Below are positions 1-8,258 of a DNA stretch of 35,434 nt, piece by piece. The stretch is from the IMG/VR virus record IMGVR_UViG_3300009952_000004; one strand, written 5' to 3'. Numbering within the stretch: position 1 is the stretch's first letter; each line of letters starts with the position of its first letter. The translations under genes were made by a program, and so were the position numbers. The notes below the pieces were generated by a model that saw nothing but the letters and a program-made list of their open reading frames with translations, was not told where the DNA came from and did no database searches. The stretch comes from a virus.

Positions 1-127
1 TCAGCCATGCGCCCGTCAGGGAGTAGCAAGTACCAGCCATTGTTGTATTGAACAAAGCAATTTGACTTCATATCGCCATTTGTTGCATCAAGATAGTACC
101 ACTTATCATACCACTTAACCCAGCCAT
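1..127. repeat. Left copy of the 127-bp terminal overlap (identical to 35308..35434)
   Basis: Direct comparison of the two window ends (tcagccatgcgcccgtcaggg...cttaacccagccat) shows identity over all 127 nt. Confidence 0.95.
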
Positions 128-839
128 TCTGCATAGCGCCATCTCGGTTGAAATAGTACCATTTTCCATTGATTTTTTTCCAAGATGTAGCCATGTATCC
201 GTCCTTATCGAACCAATACCACTTCCCGTCTGTGTGTTTGAGCCATTTCTCTGAATACATATATCCGGATTCATCGAAATAGAACCATGATTTATTTTCT
301 TCGATGTATTCAAATTTCGCTGTTGGATATGTTCCGTTAGGGCGAACGTACCAGTAGCCTTTATCGTTTTTTTGCCACCCCTTTTTCACTTCTTCCAGTT
401 GTGCATTCGGATTTGTTAAACGATAGATATAGTAGTATGGTTGTCCTGCGTAGTACCAGCGCTCGTCATGATCGTTGACCGAAATACCATTATACGCATA
501 ATTGCAATGAATGATATTGTTTTCATCAATAAACATTCCAGTATGTCCGAACGCTCCAGCACTTGCTCCACGTTTCCCCCAGATGAAGATATCGCCACGT
601 TGAGCATCCCACGGACTGTTTTCTGTGATTAGTTCATAACCATTCTTTACAAGCCAATCGTGCTCGTATTCTGTATTGACCGCCCACCCAGCAGATGAAG
701 CTCCAGCGCTTCTTAACGCATAATAGACTGAACTTGAGCAATCGTAAGAATCTGGACCGTCGCGGTCTTCCATACTATAAGACACTTGTCCTTGTCTTGC
801 TCGCATCCATGCAATAGCATTTTCAATATTAATTGTCAT
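1..839 (-). CDS. Endolysin, 5' part (aa 1-279 of 295): Pal-type amidase (Amidase_5-like) plus choline-binding repeats; continues at 35259..35307 on the circle
   Basis: ATG at 839 with a GAAAGGA RBS 9 nt upstream. The translation [46 protein letters not shown]... closely parallels the Dp-1 Pal amidase as I remember it. The C-terminal half carries cell-wall/choline-binding repeats ([43 protein letters not shown]). The frame stays open to base 1. Confidence 0.9.
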   Translation of the reverse strand, partial: MTINIENAIAWMRARQGQVSYSMEDRDGPDSYDCSSSVYYALRSAGASSAGWAVNTEYEHDWLVKNGYELITENSPWDAQRGDIFIWGKRGASAGAFGHTGMFIDENNIIHCNYAYNGISVNDHDERWYYAGQPYYYIYRLTNPNAQLEEVKKGWQKNDKGYWYVRPNGTYPTAKFEYIEENKSWFYFDESGYMYSEKWLKHTDGKWYWFDKDGYMATSWKKINGKWYYFNRDGAMQNGWVKWYDKWYYLDATNGDMKSNCFVQYNNGWYLLLPDGRMA

Positions 840-858
840 TTATATTTTTCCTTTCATT

Positions 859-2682
859 TTAAGGTAGTGTTGTAGGCCATGGCTCGCTTGTTAGGTAAGA
901 AATAGAACTTACACGAATATCTCCGATGTCCCTATCGGTAGGGACTGGATCTGTAAACTGAAATCTCAGCATATTGCTATCTCCAGCACCTCCCAAGTAC
1001 CATGTTCCGTATGGAGTGCCCTTGTCGTTGTAAATCCCACCAATCAAGCTAAACTCTGAACGGAAACCAACAGGAACTCCGCCTAAACCTAAAATAAAGC
1101 AATTACGCTCACGGTCAGATGGCTGGATAGAGTACCCAGCGCCACCACGCCTTACGATACCAAACCAACCCCACGACAACCCGCCGAATTGATACATGAC
1201 GGTATCATTCTTTCTACGTACTTTAAGATAAGATGCGCCTAGTTTTGAAACGATGTTCAGCGTTCGCCAACCTGTATCGCCAGTCAAGACTTCCCAGCCT
1301 TGATTGTCGTTTCCTTTTCGTTTTATCCACTTCAAAGCGCCGTTTGTAACTGCCGTATCGACGTAAGTAGTTCCGACTGGAGCTGTAACCTTGCCGTTTG
1401 GCATACCAGTTCCGTGAATTTCGTACTGATTGACTTGTCCAGCGGGTGTGTTTGATGCCGGTTGACTTGGTAGCGTTACACTACCCCCACCGTCAGACAG
1501 AATGAGCGTGTTTCCGGATAAGGTCAATTTTTGCGGGGTTTTAGGAATAGATGCAATTTGTTCTTTAGTTGCGTAACTTTCCCCTTTTTGCTCGACAACT
1601 GAAAGTCTTTGTTTGACATCGGTGTCGTTATAAGGTTGTGGAATTTCTGATTTTTTAGCATATCCCTCTAGGCTTTGATGTTCAGTAAGATACCCTTTAC
1701 CAGTTAGAACATCATTTGTTACAAAATTTGAGGTATCAATAGCCGGCTTGTTTTCTAATCGGTTTACCCGCTCTTTTAATTCTGCATCATTGTATGGTTG
1801 AGGTATTTCTTGCTTTGTTGCATAGTTAGACAATGATTGATGCTCGGTTAAGTAGCCTTTAGAATCCAATTCTTCCTTGGTAACTAATTCGCTAGTATTC
1901 ACGCTTGGTTTGTGTTCCAAAACTTCCAAGCGTTGCTTGATTTCTGTATCGTTATATACAGTATCATTATCTGTCTTGTTTTCTAACGCCGTCACACGCT
2001 CTCTAAGGGCGCTATCGTCGTACACGGTATCTTTATCCGTCTTCGTCTTTAACGCTTCAATATCGGCTGAAATATGGCTTATTTCGGTACGTTCAACTTT
2101 GCTTGCTAGTTCTTGCTTTGTAGCAAACCCGCTTGTGTCGATTTCCGGTTTCGTTTCAAGTGCTTGTAAACGTCTAATGATTTCTGAATCGTCAAACGTT
2201 GCACCCTCGACATGAATATTTTTGATTGCTTCTTCTAGTTCAGCTTTTGTTACAATATTTGTTACAGCGACAATTCTTTTAGTTTCTTTCTCAATAACGG
2301 GCAATTCGCTGTGTTTATCAATTTCAGATACACGAACCCCAAACGAGAATTTCAAGATGTCCGCTGCTTGTACGACTTTTTCAGCATAAACAAACCCGTC
2401 AACGATTTCATCGGTAGTAATTAAGCTAGTATCAAACGGAATAGAAACAAGGTTGTTTTCGACTGTTCCCGCAACTTCCAAAAGCCGATTAGTTGTTTTG
2501 AATTTGAATAAAACGATAACTTTTTCAGCGTTTACGTTGTTTAGTCGTAACTCGATGAATGCATTGTTTTTGTCGTGCGAGTAAAATTCTTCTTTTACTC
2601 TATCTGAATTATCTCGGACGTTGACACAAACGCCAGTTTGTCGTTTAATAATTTTCTTCAAAGGTTGCCCCCTTTCATACAA
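859..2682 (-). CDS. Tail fibre / receptor-binding-like protein (BppU-like N-terminus, repeat-containing shaft, jelly-roll-like tip)
   Basis: The track ORF has 607 codons. The likelier start is the in-frame TTG at 2661, 6 nt after an AAAGGGGG RBS; the TTG at 2682 has no RBS. There are two ~51-aa tandem repeats (YND.E.K.R...LE.KP...TS..VT...KGYLTEHQSL..YA.K.EIPQP) and an LTLSGNTLILSDGGGSVTLP motif. The C-terminal GDTGWRTL...VRRKNDTV resembles receptor-binding tips of siphovirus minor tail proteins. Confidence 0.75.
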   Translation of the reverse strand: MYERGQPLKKIIKRQTGVCVNVRDNSDRVKEEFYSHDKNNAFIELRLNNVNAEKVIVLFKFKTTNRLLEVAGTVENNLVSIPFDTSLITTDEIVDGFVYAEKVVQAADILKFSFGVRVSEIDKHSELPVIEKETKRIVAVTNIVTKAELEEAIKNIHVEGATFDDSEIIRRLQALETKPEIDTSGFATKQELASKVERTEISHISADIEALKTKTDKDTVYDDSALRERVTALENKTDNDTVYNDTEIKQRLEVLEHKPSVNTSELVTKEELDSKGYLTEHQSLSNYATKQEIPQPYNDAELKERVNRLENKPAIDTSNFVTNDVLTGKGYLTEHQSLEGYAKKSEIPQPYNDTDVKQRLSVVEQKGESYATKEQIASIPKTPQKLTLSGNTLILSDGGGSVTLPSQPASNTPAGQVNQYEIHGTGMPNGKVTAPVGTTYVDTAVTNGALKWIKRKGNDNQGWEVLTGDTGWRTLNIVSKLGASYLKVRRKNDTVMYQFGGLSWGWFGIVRRGGAGYSIQPSDRERNCFILGLGGVPVGFRSEFSLIGGIYNDKGTPYGTWYLGGAGDSNMLRFQFTDPVPTDRDIGDIRVSSISYLTSEPWPTTLP

Positions 2683-2686
2683 AATA

Positions 2687-2711
2687 AAAAGGCCTTATAA
2701 AAAGGCCTTTT
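2687..2711 (-). terminator. Intrinsic-terminator-like hairpin between the holin and the fibre gene
   Basis: AAAAGGCCT / AGGCCTTTT 9-bp stem with a 7-nt loop. It is followed by a T-rich run on the minus strand (TTTTTATTTTG) and also on the plus strand, so it is potentially bidirectional. Confidence 0.55.
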
Positions 2712-2712
2712 C

Positions 2713-2982
2713 TTATTCTTCGTGTGGTTCTGTATAAGTCAACGCTCTTTCACTATCTGAAAGTCCGGCGGTTGTCGGATCATTGACAACGCCAACCAAT
2801 ACAAGAAACGCAAACAAAACATTGATAAACACTAGAATTTTATCAACTGTATCGCCAAACTCTAGTGAAAAATTGAAGATATTTGCAAATGCTTGCGCAA
2901 GTAGTGCTAAAGCCGGCACTAAAGCAAGCCAAAAGTTTTTATTTTTAAGTCGTACTGACCAGTTAATTTTATTCATCATCAT
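2713..2982 (-). CDS. Holin, phage phiLC3 family
   Basis: N-terminal NKINWSVRLKNKNFW, two hydrophobic helices, and the C-terminal DPTTAGLSDSERALTY motif typical of this holin family. The real start is probably the third ATG (2976), which has better spacing from GAGGA. Confidence 0.85.
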   Translation of the reverse strand: MMMNKINWSVRLKNKNFWLALVPALALLAQAFANIFNFSLEFGDTVDKILVFINVLFAFLVLVGVVNDPTTAGLSDSERALTYTEPHEE

Positions 2983-3379
2983 TTTCCTCTTTGATTTCTA
3001 GTTCGAGAAATTTCTCAAACAGTATTTTGATAGCACCGTTTCCGCCTAATTCGACGTAGCTTTCATAAAGTCGTGAAAGTTCTTCGATTTCATGCTGACT
3101 TGTCTGCCCACGTCGTATTGATTTTTTCAAGTTTTCTTGCAATCGAAAGCGTTGTAACCGCTGCAATCCTTTTCCGATAAGCGAAAGATTTTTATTGTTA
3201 TCTTTCCCAATTTCCTCGACTGCGTGAACTGATTTTTCAAGTTCCCCGATTTTATCTGATAGAACGTTGATTTGTTTTTCAGTTTCTTTTGTATTCTGCG
3301 TACTTTTGAATGAGAAATAACTTGGAATAATCACAATCAAAACGGGCGTTAGTTTATCAAGTAAAGCTAAAAATTCCAA
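2969..3379 (-). CDS. Membrane-anchored coiled-coil protein next to the holin (possible second holin or lysis regulator)
   Basis: 136-aa ORF with one N-terminal TM helix (LTPVLIVIIPSYFSF). It overlaps the holin start by 14 nt. Function is not recognised. Confidence 0.7.
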   Translation of the reverse strand: MEFLALLDKLTPVLIVIIPSYFSFKSTQNTKETEKQINVLSDKIGELEKSVHAVEEIGKDNNKNLSLIGKGLQRLQRFRLQENLKKSIRRGQTSQHEIEELSRLYESYVELGGNGAIKILFEKFLELEIKEENDDE

Positions 3380-3408
3380 TTAAACCACCCCTTTTCTGAA
3401 ATAGTGGT

Positions 3409-4023
3409 CTATTGAACGGGTTGAGTGTCTAACTCGCTAGATGGTTTCTCTGTTTTTGGTTCAGTCCACTTCCAAACGCCCAGCTTGCCGTTTTGCTCAA
3501 GGTCTGCAAGTTGTTCAAGCGTTTGCCCTTGATATGTGAACGGCTCATTGACTTGAATCATGACGCGTTTCCCTTCTTGGAATTTTTCGACATGATTCGG
3601 ATTTTCAAGTGTGAAAATCTCTTGCGATTGGTAAGTCTTGCCAGTTTGTCCGAGTTCGACAAGTTCAAGGCCACGTTTAAAGACGGTTGGATCAAGCGGG
3701 TTATCCGTATCAGTAACCCGTGCCAATACTGCCCAATCTGCGACGGCTTTCACTTCCGCAATTTTAGCGTCTTTCTGTTCGAGTTTTGCTTCATAGTCTT
3801 GCGCTTGTGTGTGCAAGTCTTCTTGTAGCTTCTTCACCCCGTCCGCTGGATTTAATTCAGTAGCGATTTGACCGAGTACCGCTTGGATAAGAACTTCGTC
3901 TGTTTCGTTCACACGGTCACCAATCAAAACACGGTCAAATGCCGTATATGGTGCTTCTTGTCGGATAGCAACGAAAGTACGGTTGTTTTCTTGTAAATAT
4001 TTGTTTACTACTTTATAAGTCAT
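3409..4023 (-). CDS. Conserved phage protein between the tail and lysis modules (function unknown, possibly DUF1366-like)
   Basis: 204-aa ORF in an operon-consistent position. The family guess is from memory only. Confidence 0.65.
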   Translation of the reverse strand: MTYKVVNKYLQENNRTFVAIRQEAPYTAFDRVLIGDRVNETDEVLIQAVLGQIATELNPADGVKKLQEDLHTQAQDYEAKLEQKDAKIAEVKAVADWAVLARVTDTDNPLDPTVFKRGLELVELGQTGKTYQSQEIFTLENPNHVEKFQEGKRVMIQVNEPFTYQGQTLEQLADLEQNGKLGVWKWTEPKTEKPSSELDTQPVQ

Positions 4024-4026
4024 ATA

Positions 4027-4185
4027 TTATTGTTCCTCTTTTTCTGTTTCTTTTTGCATTTCTGCTTGTAATTGTTGAAGTTGTGCTTGCACTTCTTCGT
4101 AAAGCGCCTTGTAATTTGCGCATTCAATCGTCTTATTTGCGAATTGAATTGCTAGGTCGTTAATAACTTTGTCAGCTTGGTTCAT
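4027..4185 (-). CDS. Small coiled-coil protein (52 aa), absent from the ORF track
   Basis: ATG at 4185 preceded by a GAAAGG RBS. Translation MNQADKVINDLAIQFANKTIECANYKALYEEVQAQLQQLQAEMQKETEKEEQ, stop TAA at 4027-4029. It exactly fills the gap between two genes. Confidence 0.6.
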   Translation of the reverse strand: MNQADKVINDLAIQFANKTIECANYKALYEEVQAQLQQLQAEMQKETEKEEQ

Positions 4186-4198
4186 TGTTTACCTTTCA

Positions 4199-7100
4199 TT
4201 ATCTCCATCGAGGGTAATATCCTCTACTGTAATTTCCATCATGATCTAGGTTCCGGAAATTGTCATAAATGTTATCTAAAATATCAGAAAGACTAACCCC
4301 TTTTATAGTAACGTCATTCATCCCCGATAAAACTCTTGTTTCAGTATTAAGCGTAACCCCACCGCCTTGAGAATTAGGTATGAAGTCCATAAGTTTACCA
4401 TAAAATGTTATAGCGGTTTGGACATTGTTTCCTAAACGCCCGTTCCAAATTTGAATACCAGCTGATGTATGTTCGATACCTGTAACGCCGTTTCGGTTAC
4501 TCATTAATTGAGTGTATGCGCTAGGAACACCGTTAATTGCCCCTTGTCCGAAAATTAAGAATTGCGTAGGTTTGCCGTCAAAACGATTACGGATGCCTAC
4601 GGCTTCCTTATTCATCTCAATCCAGCCAGTTTGCAAGTCAAAATCAGTAACTCCGTTCAGCGATGTTAACTTACCGCCTTTGATGATATTCGCCGTCAAT
4701 CCCTCTGCGACAATGTTCTTCGCTGATACGTTGATAAGTCTAGCTTGACTTGCGTCAATTTCGCCAATGTGAGCCGTGCCGATTTGAGCGTTCCCAATCA
4801 TTGATTTTTTAATCACGCCGTCTTTAATGTAGGTTTTTTCTCCGACAGAAATCAATCCCTCGTTGATTTTAACCGAGCCGTCGGGGTTTAGGTTGATAGC
4901 GCCTAACACGTCGCCAGCGCTATTTAAACTTCGTACTGCCCATGAATTATTTAGTTGTATTTGAACTGTCTTGACGGCTTCCTCTGTATCTTCGGGTGCA
5001 AGCGTGAAGGATGTCGCTTGACTTCCAGTTTCTAGCTTGACCTCTGAAATGTAAAGGTTGATTGTCTTTCCTTTCTCGCCATAAAAGAACAAGGTTATTT
5101 CATCGACATCTACTGGTAAAGTATAGCTTAGATTTTGTTTCACATAACTGTAACTTATCTCTGCATTCTTAATAGTTTTCCAAGACTGTTTCAAAGTAAC
5201 ATTATTTTTTCTGAAGTGTAAGACAATCCATAAGCTACTTAAATCACTACCTCCGTCTTTTGATAACAAGAATGAAAGATTTATCTTGTCATCTTTTGAC
5301 GCGTTAATTTTGATTGCTTGTTCTAACCCGTAAAATTCTCTATTACCAGCCGAACCATAGATATGTACGCCTGATTTACCTTTATTTTTCATTGAATGTT
5401 CATAGTTGAAATTCAATCCAGTTACGTTCGTTTCTGTCCAATTCTTTGAACCCTCTCGAAAATCTGCATTTCTGACGAAATTTCGACTATCTCCGACATT
5501 TTTAGCAACTTCAACTTGAAATAGTTGACTTGTCATAGCCATACGGGCGACATTATCAGCGATACCGTTGTCAGTATTCCCTAAAATTCGCTCGTAGAGT
5601 TGAGCTGTTTCTCTCACACGCTGAAAGTCAACGTCATTAACCTTGCCCGCCATTTGACTAGCGATATTAGCGAATCGCCCGTCAATACCTTGCTTGTAAT
5701 CAGCTAGTTTGATTTCGTTATCTCTTGTAAATGCTTCAAAATGTTGGTTCGTACTTTCAACGGTTTCTGTAAAAGTACTTTTAGCGACATAATCTCTTGA
5801 TATTGTTTCACGGATAGAAGTAATCTGACTTTCTGTTTCTTCATGAGAATAACGTTTTAAGTCAGTAACAGCGTCTTTTAATTTATATTCTTGATTGTTG
5901 ACCTTACTTGAAACAGAAGCTAGTGCGGTTTCATAGTTACCAATAAGATATTTCGCTTCATCTGCTAGATTAGCGCTTGCATTAGCCTTTTTCAAAGCCT
6001 CTTCTGCTTTTGCTTTGGCTTCGTCAACTCCCGAAAGATTGAGATTTTCAAAACGCTTGCTGATTTCGTCAATGATTTCTTGGTCGCTATTTGACCGGAT
6101 GACTTCTTCCCAAACTTCACCCGTCCAACGTAACATGATTGTCTGTCCTTCGTGTTCCGGATTCGGTTTGAACCATATATCATTGATACCGACTTTTCCG
6201 ACGTGCGTTTTTGTTGGGTCGTTCGCACCGTACCAGTTTTTGTTCAAGCCGTCAGCACTTGGCAAAAAGTCCGGCAAGTTTTTAATCAAGCCGTTAAAAC
6301 TAGATGAAATCAATTCATCTGCTTTCTGACTTGCGATATTTTGGATTTTAGCTTCGTTACTTTCTGAAATCCTATCGCCAAGTTTAATGTCGCTTGATTC
6401 ATTATTCAAGCGGTTAAACGTGATTTCAAAAATACGGGTATCATAGTCTAGCTTCTTATCGTGTCGTACTACTCGGATCGTGTCGCCGATATTGACATCT
6501 TTCAAGTAAACCGTTGACGTTTTCAAGGTCAACTGTGGTCTTGAAGCATTGACTAATTGTTCATACGTTCGACGAATTAGAACGTTAGCATCTTCTTCTT
6601 CCTGGAAGACTACAAAGCCAATTTTGGCTCGCATCGTTCCGTCAGCGTTCTTGATGCCGTATTTTTTAGTCATTTCCGGAAGTTCGACATATTTCTGCCC
6701 TTTTGGCTTGTCAACTGGTGCGCCTTTGGATTTCTCCCAAACGACATTCTCAAAATTCAATCTGCGCCCGTATCCAGCTTGTCCGCCTTCGTTGTTCGAT
6801 GCGCTGACTTCCTCGCCTTTGCCTCGTCCAATTAGAGCAGTAAATAGGTTTGTACGCTCGACTTCTTGCAAGATTTGAAGCGCATTGTGTCCGTAAACGA
6901 CACGCTTTCCAGTCGCTTCACCGATGCGTTTTTTGAAATCAATATAGCGTGCGCCAATTTTGTTTCCGTTCATTTCAACGAAAAACTGCATCTCTAAATT
7001 CCAAACGTCGCAGACCTTTTTCAAGGCTTCAAACGTTGAAATATAGTAGAAATTAGTTGAACGTTGACTTGTTTCACTAACAAATCTAGCTTGCCAGTTA

Positions 7101-7459
7101 GTACCAGCAAGCAATTCGTTAATGACAGGTCTAGCAAATGTATTTTGCGGTCGTTTGTCTAAAACAACGGATTTTCTTAATTCTTCAATTCCGGATTGTA
7201 CGCCGATTAAGGTTGTAAGTTTTTCTGAAAACTTTTGCGCAATGTAGAAAAAGTGGAATTTGTGCGCATCTTCGATTGACTGAATAGCCATGTATTCCAC
7301 TTGTTCCAATTCTTGCGCCGTCAAATCTAACATTTCAACGGTCAAACGGTCTGAAACATATCTGTCAGTAGTCAACGTGAATTTTTGGAGGGCGGACTTG
7401 ATAGCATCTTTTTTGACTAGCTTTATAAGTCGCTCGTCTTTATCGAATAAGTAAATCAT
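4199..7459 (-). CDS. Tail-associated protein Tal / antireceptor (phage minor structural protein, prophage tail endopeptidase-type N-terminus)
   Basis: 1086 aa, directly after Dit. The N-terminus MIYLFDKDERLIKLV... is typical of this family. It has a central coiled coil and a C-terminal beta-rich carbohydrate-binding-like module. Confidence 0.85.
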   Translation of the reverse strand: MIYLFDKDERLIKLVKKDAIKSALQKFTLTTDRYVSDRLTVEMLDLTAQELEQVEYMAIQSIEDAHKFHFFYIAQKFSEKLTTLIGVQSGIEELRKSVVLDKRPQNTFARPVINELLAGTNWQARFVSETSQRSTNFYYISTFEALKKVCDVWNLEMQFFVEMNGNKIGARYIDFKKRIGEATGKRVVYGHNALQILQEVERTNLFTALIGRGKGEEVSASNNEGGQAGYGRRLNFENVVWEKSKGAPVDKPKGQKYVELPEMTKKYGIKNADGTMRAKIGFVVFQEEEDANVLIRRTYEQLVNASRPQLTLKTSTVYLKDVNIGDTIRVVRHDKKLDYDTRIFEITFNRLNNESSDIKLGDRISESNEAKIQNIASQKADELISSSFNGLIKNLPDFLPSADGLNKNWYGANDPTKTHVGKVGINDIWFKPNPEHEGQTIMLRWTGEVWEEVIRSNSDQEIIDEISKRFENLNLSGVDEAKAKAEEALKKANASANLADEAKYLIGNYETALASVSSKVNNQEYKLKDAVTDLKRYSHEETESQITSIRETISRDYVAKSTFTETVESTNQHFEAFTRDNEIKLADYKQGIDGRFANIASQMAGKVNDVDFQRVRETAQLYERILGNTDNGIADNVARMAMTSQLFQVEVAKNVGDSRNFVRNADFREGSKNWTETNVTGLNFNYEHSMKNKGKSGVHIYGSAGNREFYGLEQAIKINASKDDKINLSFLLSKDGGSDLSSLWIVLHFRKNNVTLKQSWKTIKNAEISYSYVKQNLSYTLPVDVDEITLFFYGEKGKTINLYISEVKLETGSQATSFTLAPEDTEEAVKTVQIQLNNSWAVRSLNSAGDVLGAINLNPDGSVKINEGLISVGEKTYIKDGVIKKSMIGNAQIGTAHIGEIDASQARLINVSAKNIVAEGLTANIIKGGKLTSLNGVTDFDLQTGWIEMNKEAVGIRNRFDGKPTQFLIFGQGAINGVPSAYTQLMSNRNGVTGIEHTSAGIQIWNGRLGNNVQTAITFYGKLMDFIPNSQGGGVTLNTETRVLSGMNDVTIKGVSLSDILDNIYDNFRNLDHDGNYSRGYYPRWR

Positions 7460-8244
7460 CGCCGTTCATCCCTCCATTTCACTTCTTTTACTCGTGCATT
7501 CGTAGCTGAAATGGTATCACGATTTCTGACCTTGAAATTTTCTAGATCACTAAACAAATCAAGTTCACTCAGAATGCTCCGGCCTTTATACATCACTTTT
7601 ACTTCGTTTGTTTCAAACAAGATTGTAATGTCTTGATTGGCATCATAAGCGCCAGTAAACGAAATTGTTTGCCGTCCATTTGTAATTCTGACAACGTTCG
7701 TTGTTTTAGTCGTTGTTATAACTATTTTTTCCGGCGTAACTTCAAAAGCACCGGTCAATTCAATCTGTCCGACTGAATCTTTCAACCGTGATTTCTTGTA
7801 GCCGTCCGGAACTAACAAAGAGAAACGGCTGACAATGCTTTTTGAGTTTTCCTCAAAGTTATCAGCGCCGTTAAAAATTGCAAAATAAGTGAAATTCGGT
7901 TCATCCTTGAATGTTACTTCAAGCAAGTTTGAACTGTTTGTCGTTCGCAAAAACAAGTTTAGCTTGTCGAATTTTTCCCGTAGTTCTTCGCTTGTTGAGG
8001 CTTCTAGCTGGTATTTAATTTCAAGAACCCTTGAAGGCTCTGAAATTTCTTCAATCCAAACACCACGACGGCCGGCGATAGAAGTCGTTTTGACCTCACG
8101 GCCAATCAAACCTCTACCCGATACCGATAATTGTCGATACCCTTCCACGATCTCGTTTACGGGCGTTCCGTTTATACTCATGTTATCGCTAGGCGTAGTC
8201 GCCACGATGTCATTATGTTTTTCTAGTTTTGAATATCCATACAT
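7456..8244 (-). CDS. Distal tail protein (Dit)
   Basis: 262 aa, located between the tape measure and Tal, with a 4-nt overlap with Tal. Position and size are canonical. Confidence 0.8.
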   Translation of the reverse strand: MYGYSKLEKHNDIVATTPSDNMSINGTPVNEIVEGYRQLSVSGRGLIGREVKTTSIAGRRGVWIEEISEPSRVLEIKYQLEASTSEELREKFDKLNLFLRTTNSSNLLEVTFKDEPNFTYFAIFNGADNFEENSKSIVSRFSLLVPDGYKKSRLKDSVGQIELTGAFEVTPEKIVITTTKTTNVVRITNGRQTISFTGAYDANQDITILFETNEVKVMYKGRSILSELDLFSDLENFKVRNRDTISATNARVKEVKWRDERR

Positions 8245-8258
8245 GGTTTTCTGCCTTT

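Noticed and set aside
1-127. The 127-bp end repeat as a genuine direct terminal repeat of the virion DNA
   Set aside because: It cuts through the middle of the endolysin gene. The terminase is of the PBSX/headful type with no cos-like features nearby. The length of 127 nt coincides with a common assembler k-mer. It is kept as a finding about circular closure only.
68-632. Track ORFs 68..313 (-), 416..607 (-) and 441..632 (+)
   Set aside because: They lie in wrong frames or on the wrong strand within the endolysin gene. The true frame is open from 839 to base 1 and gives a Pal-like protein.
5992-6228. Same-strand alternative-frame ORFs nested in long genes (5992..6228, 9184..9387, 10964..11179, 23884..24093, 26733..26993)
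   Set aside because: Each is fully contained in a longer, better-supported ORF on the same strand and lacks its own RBS.
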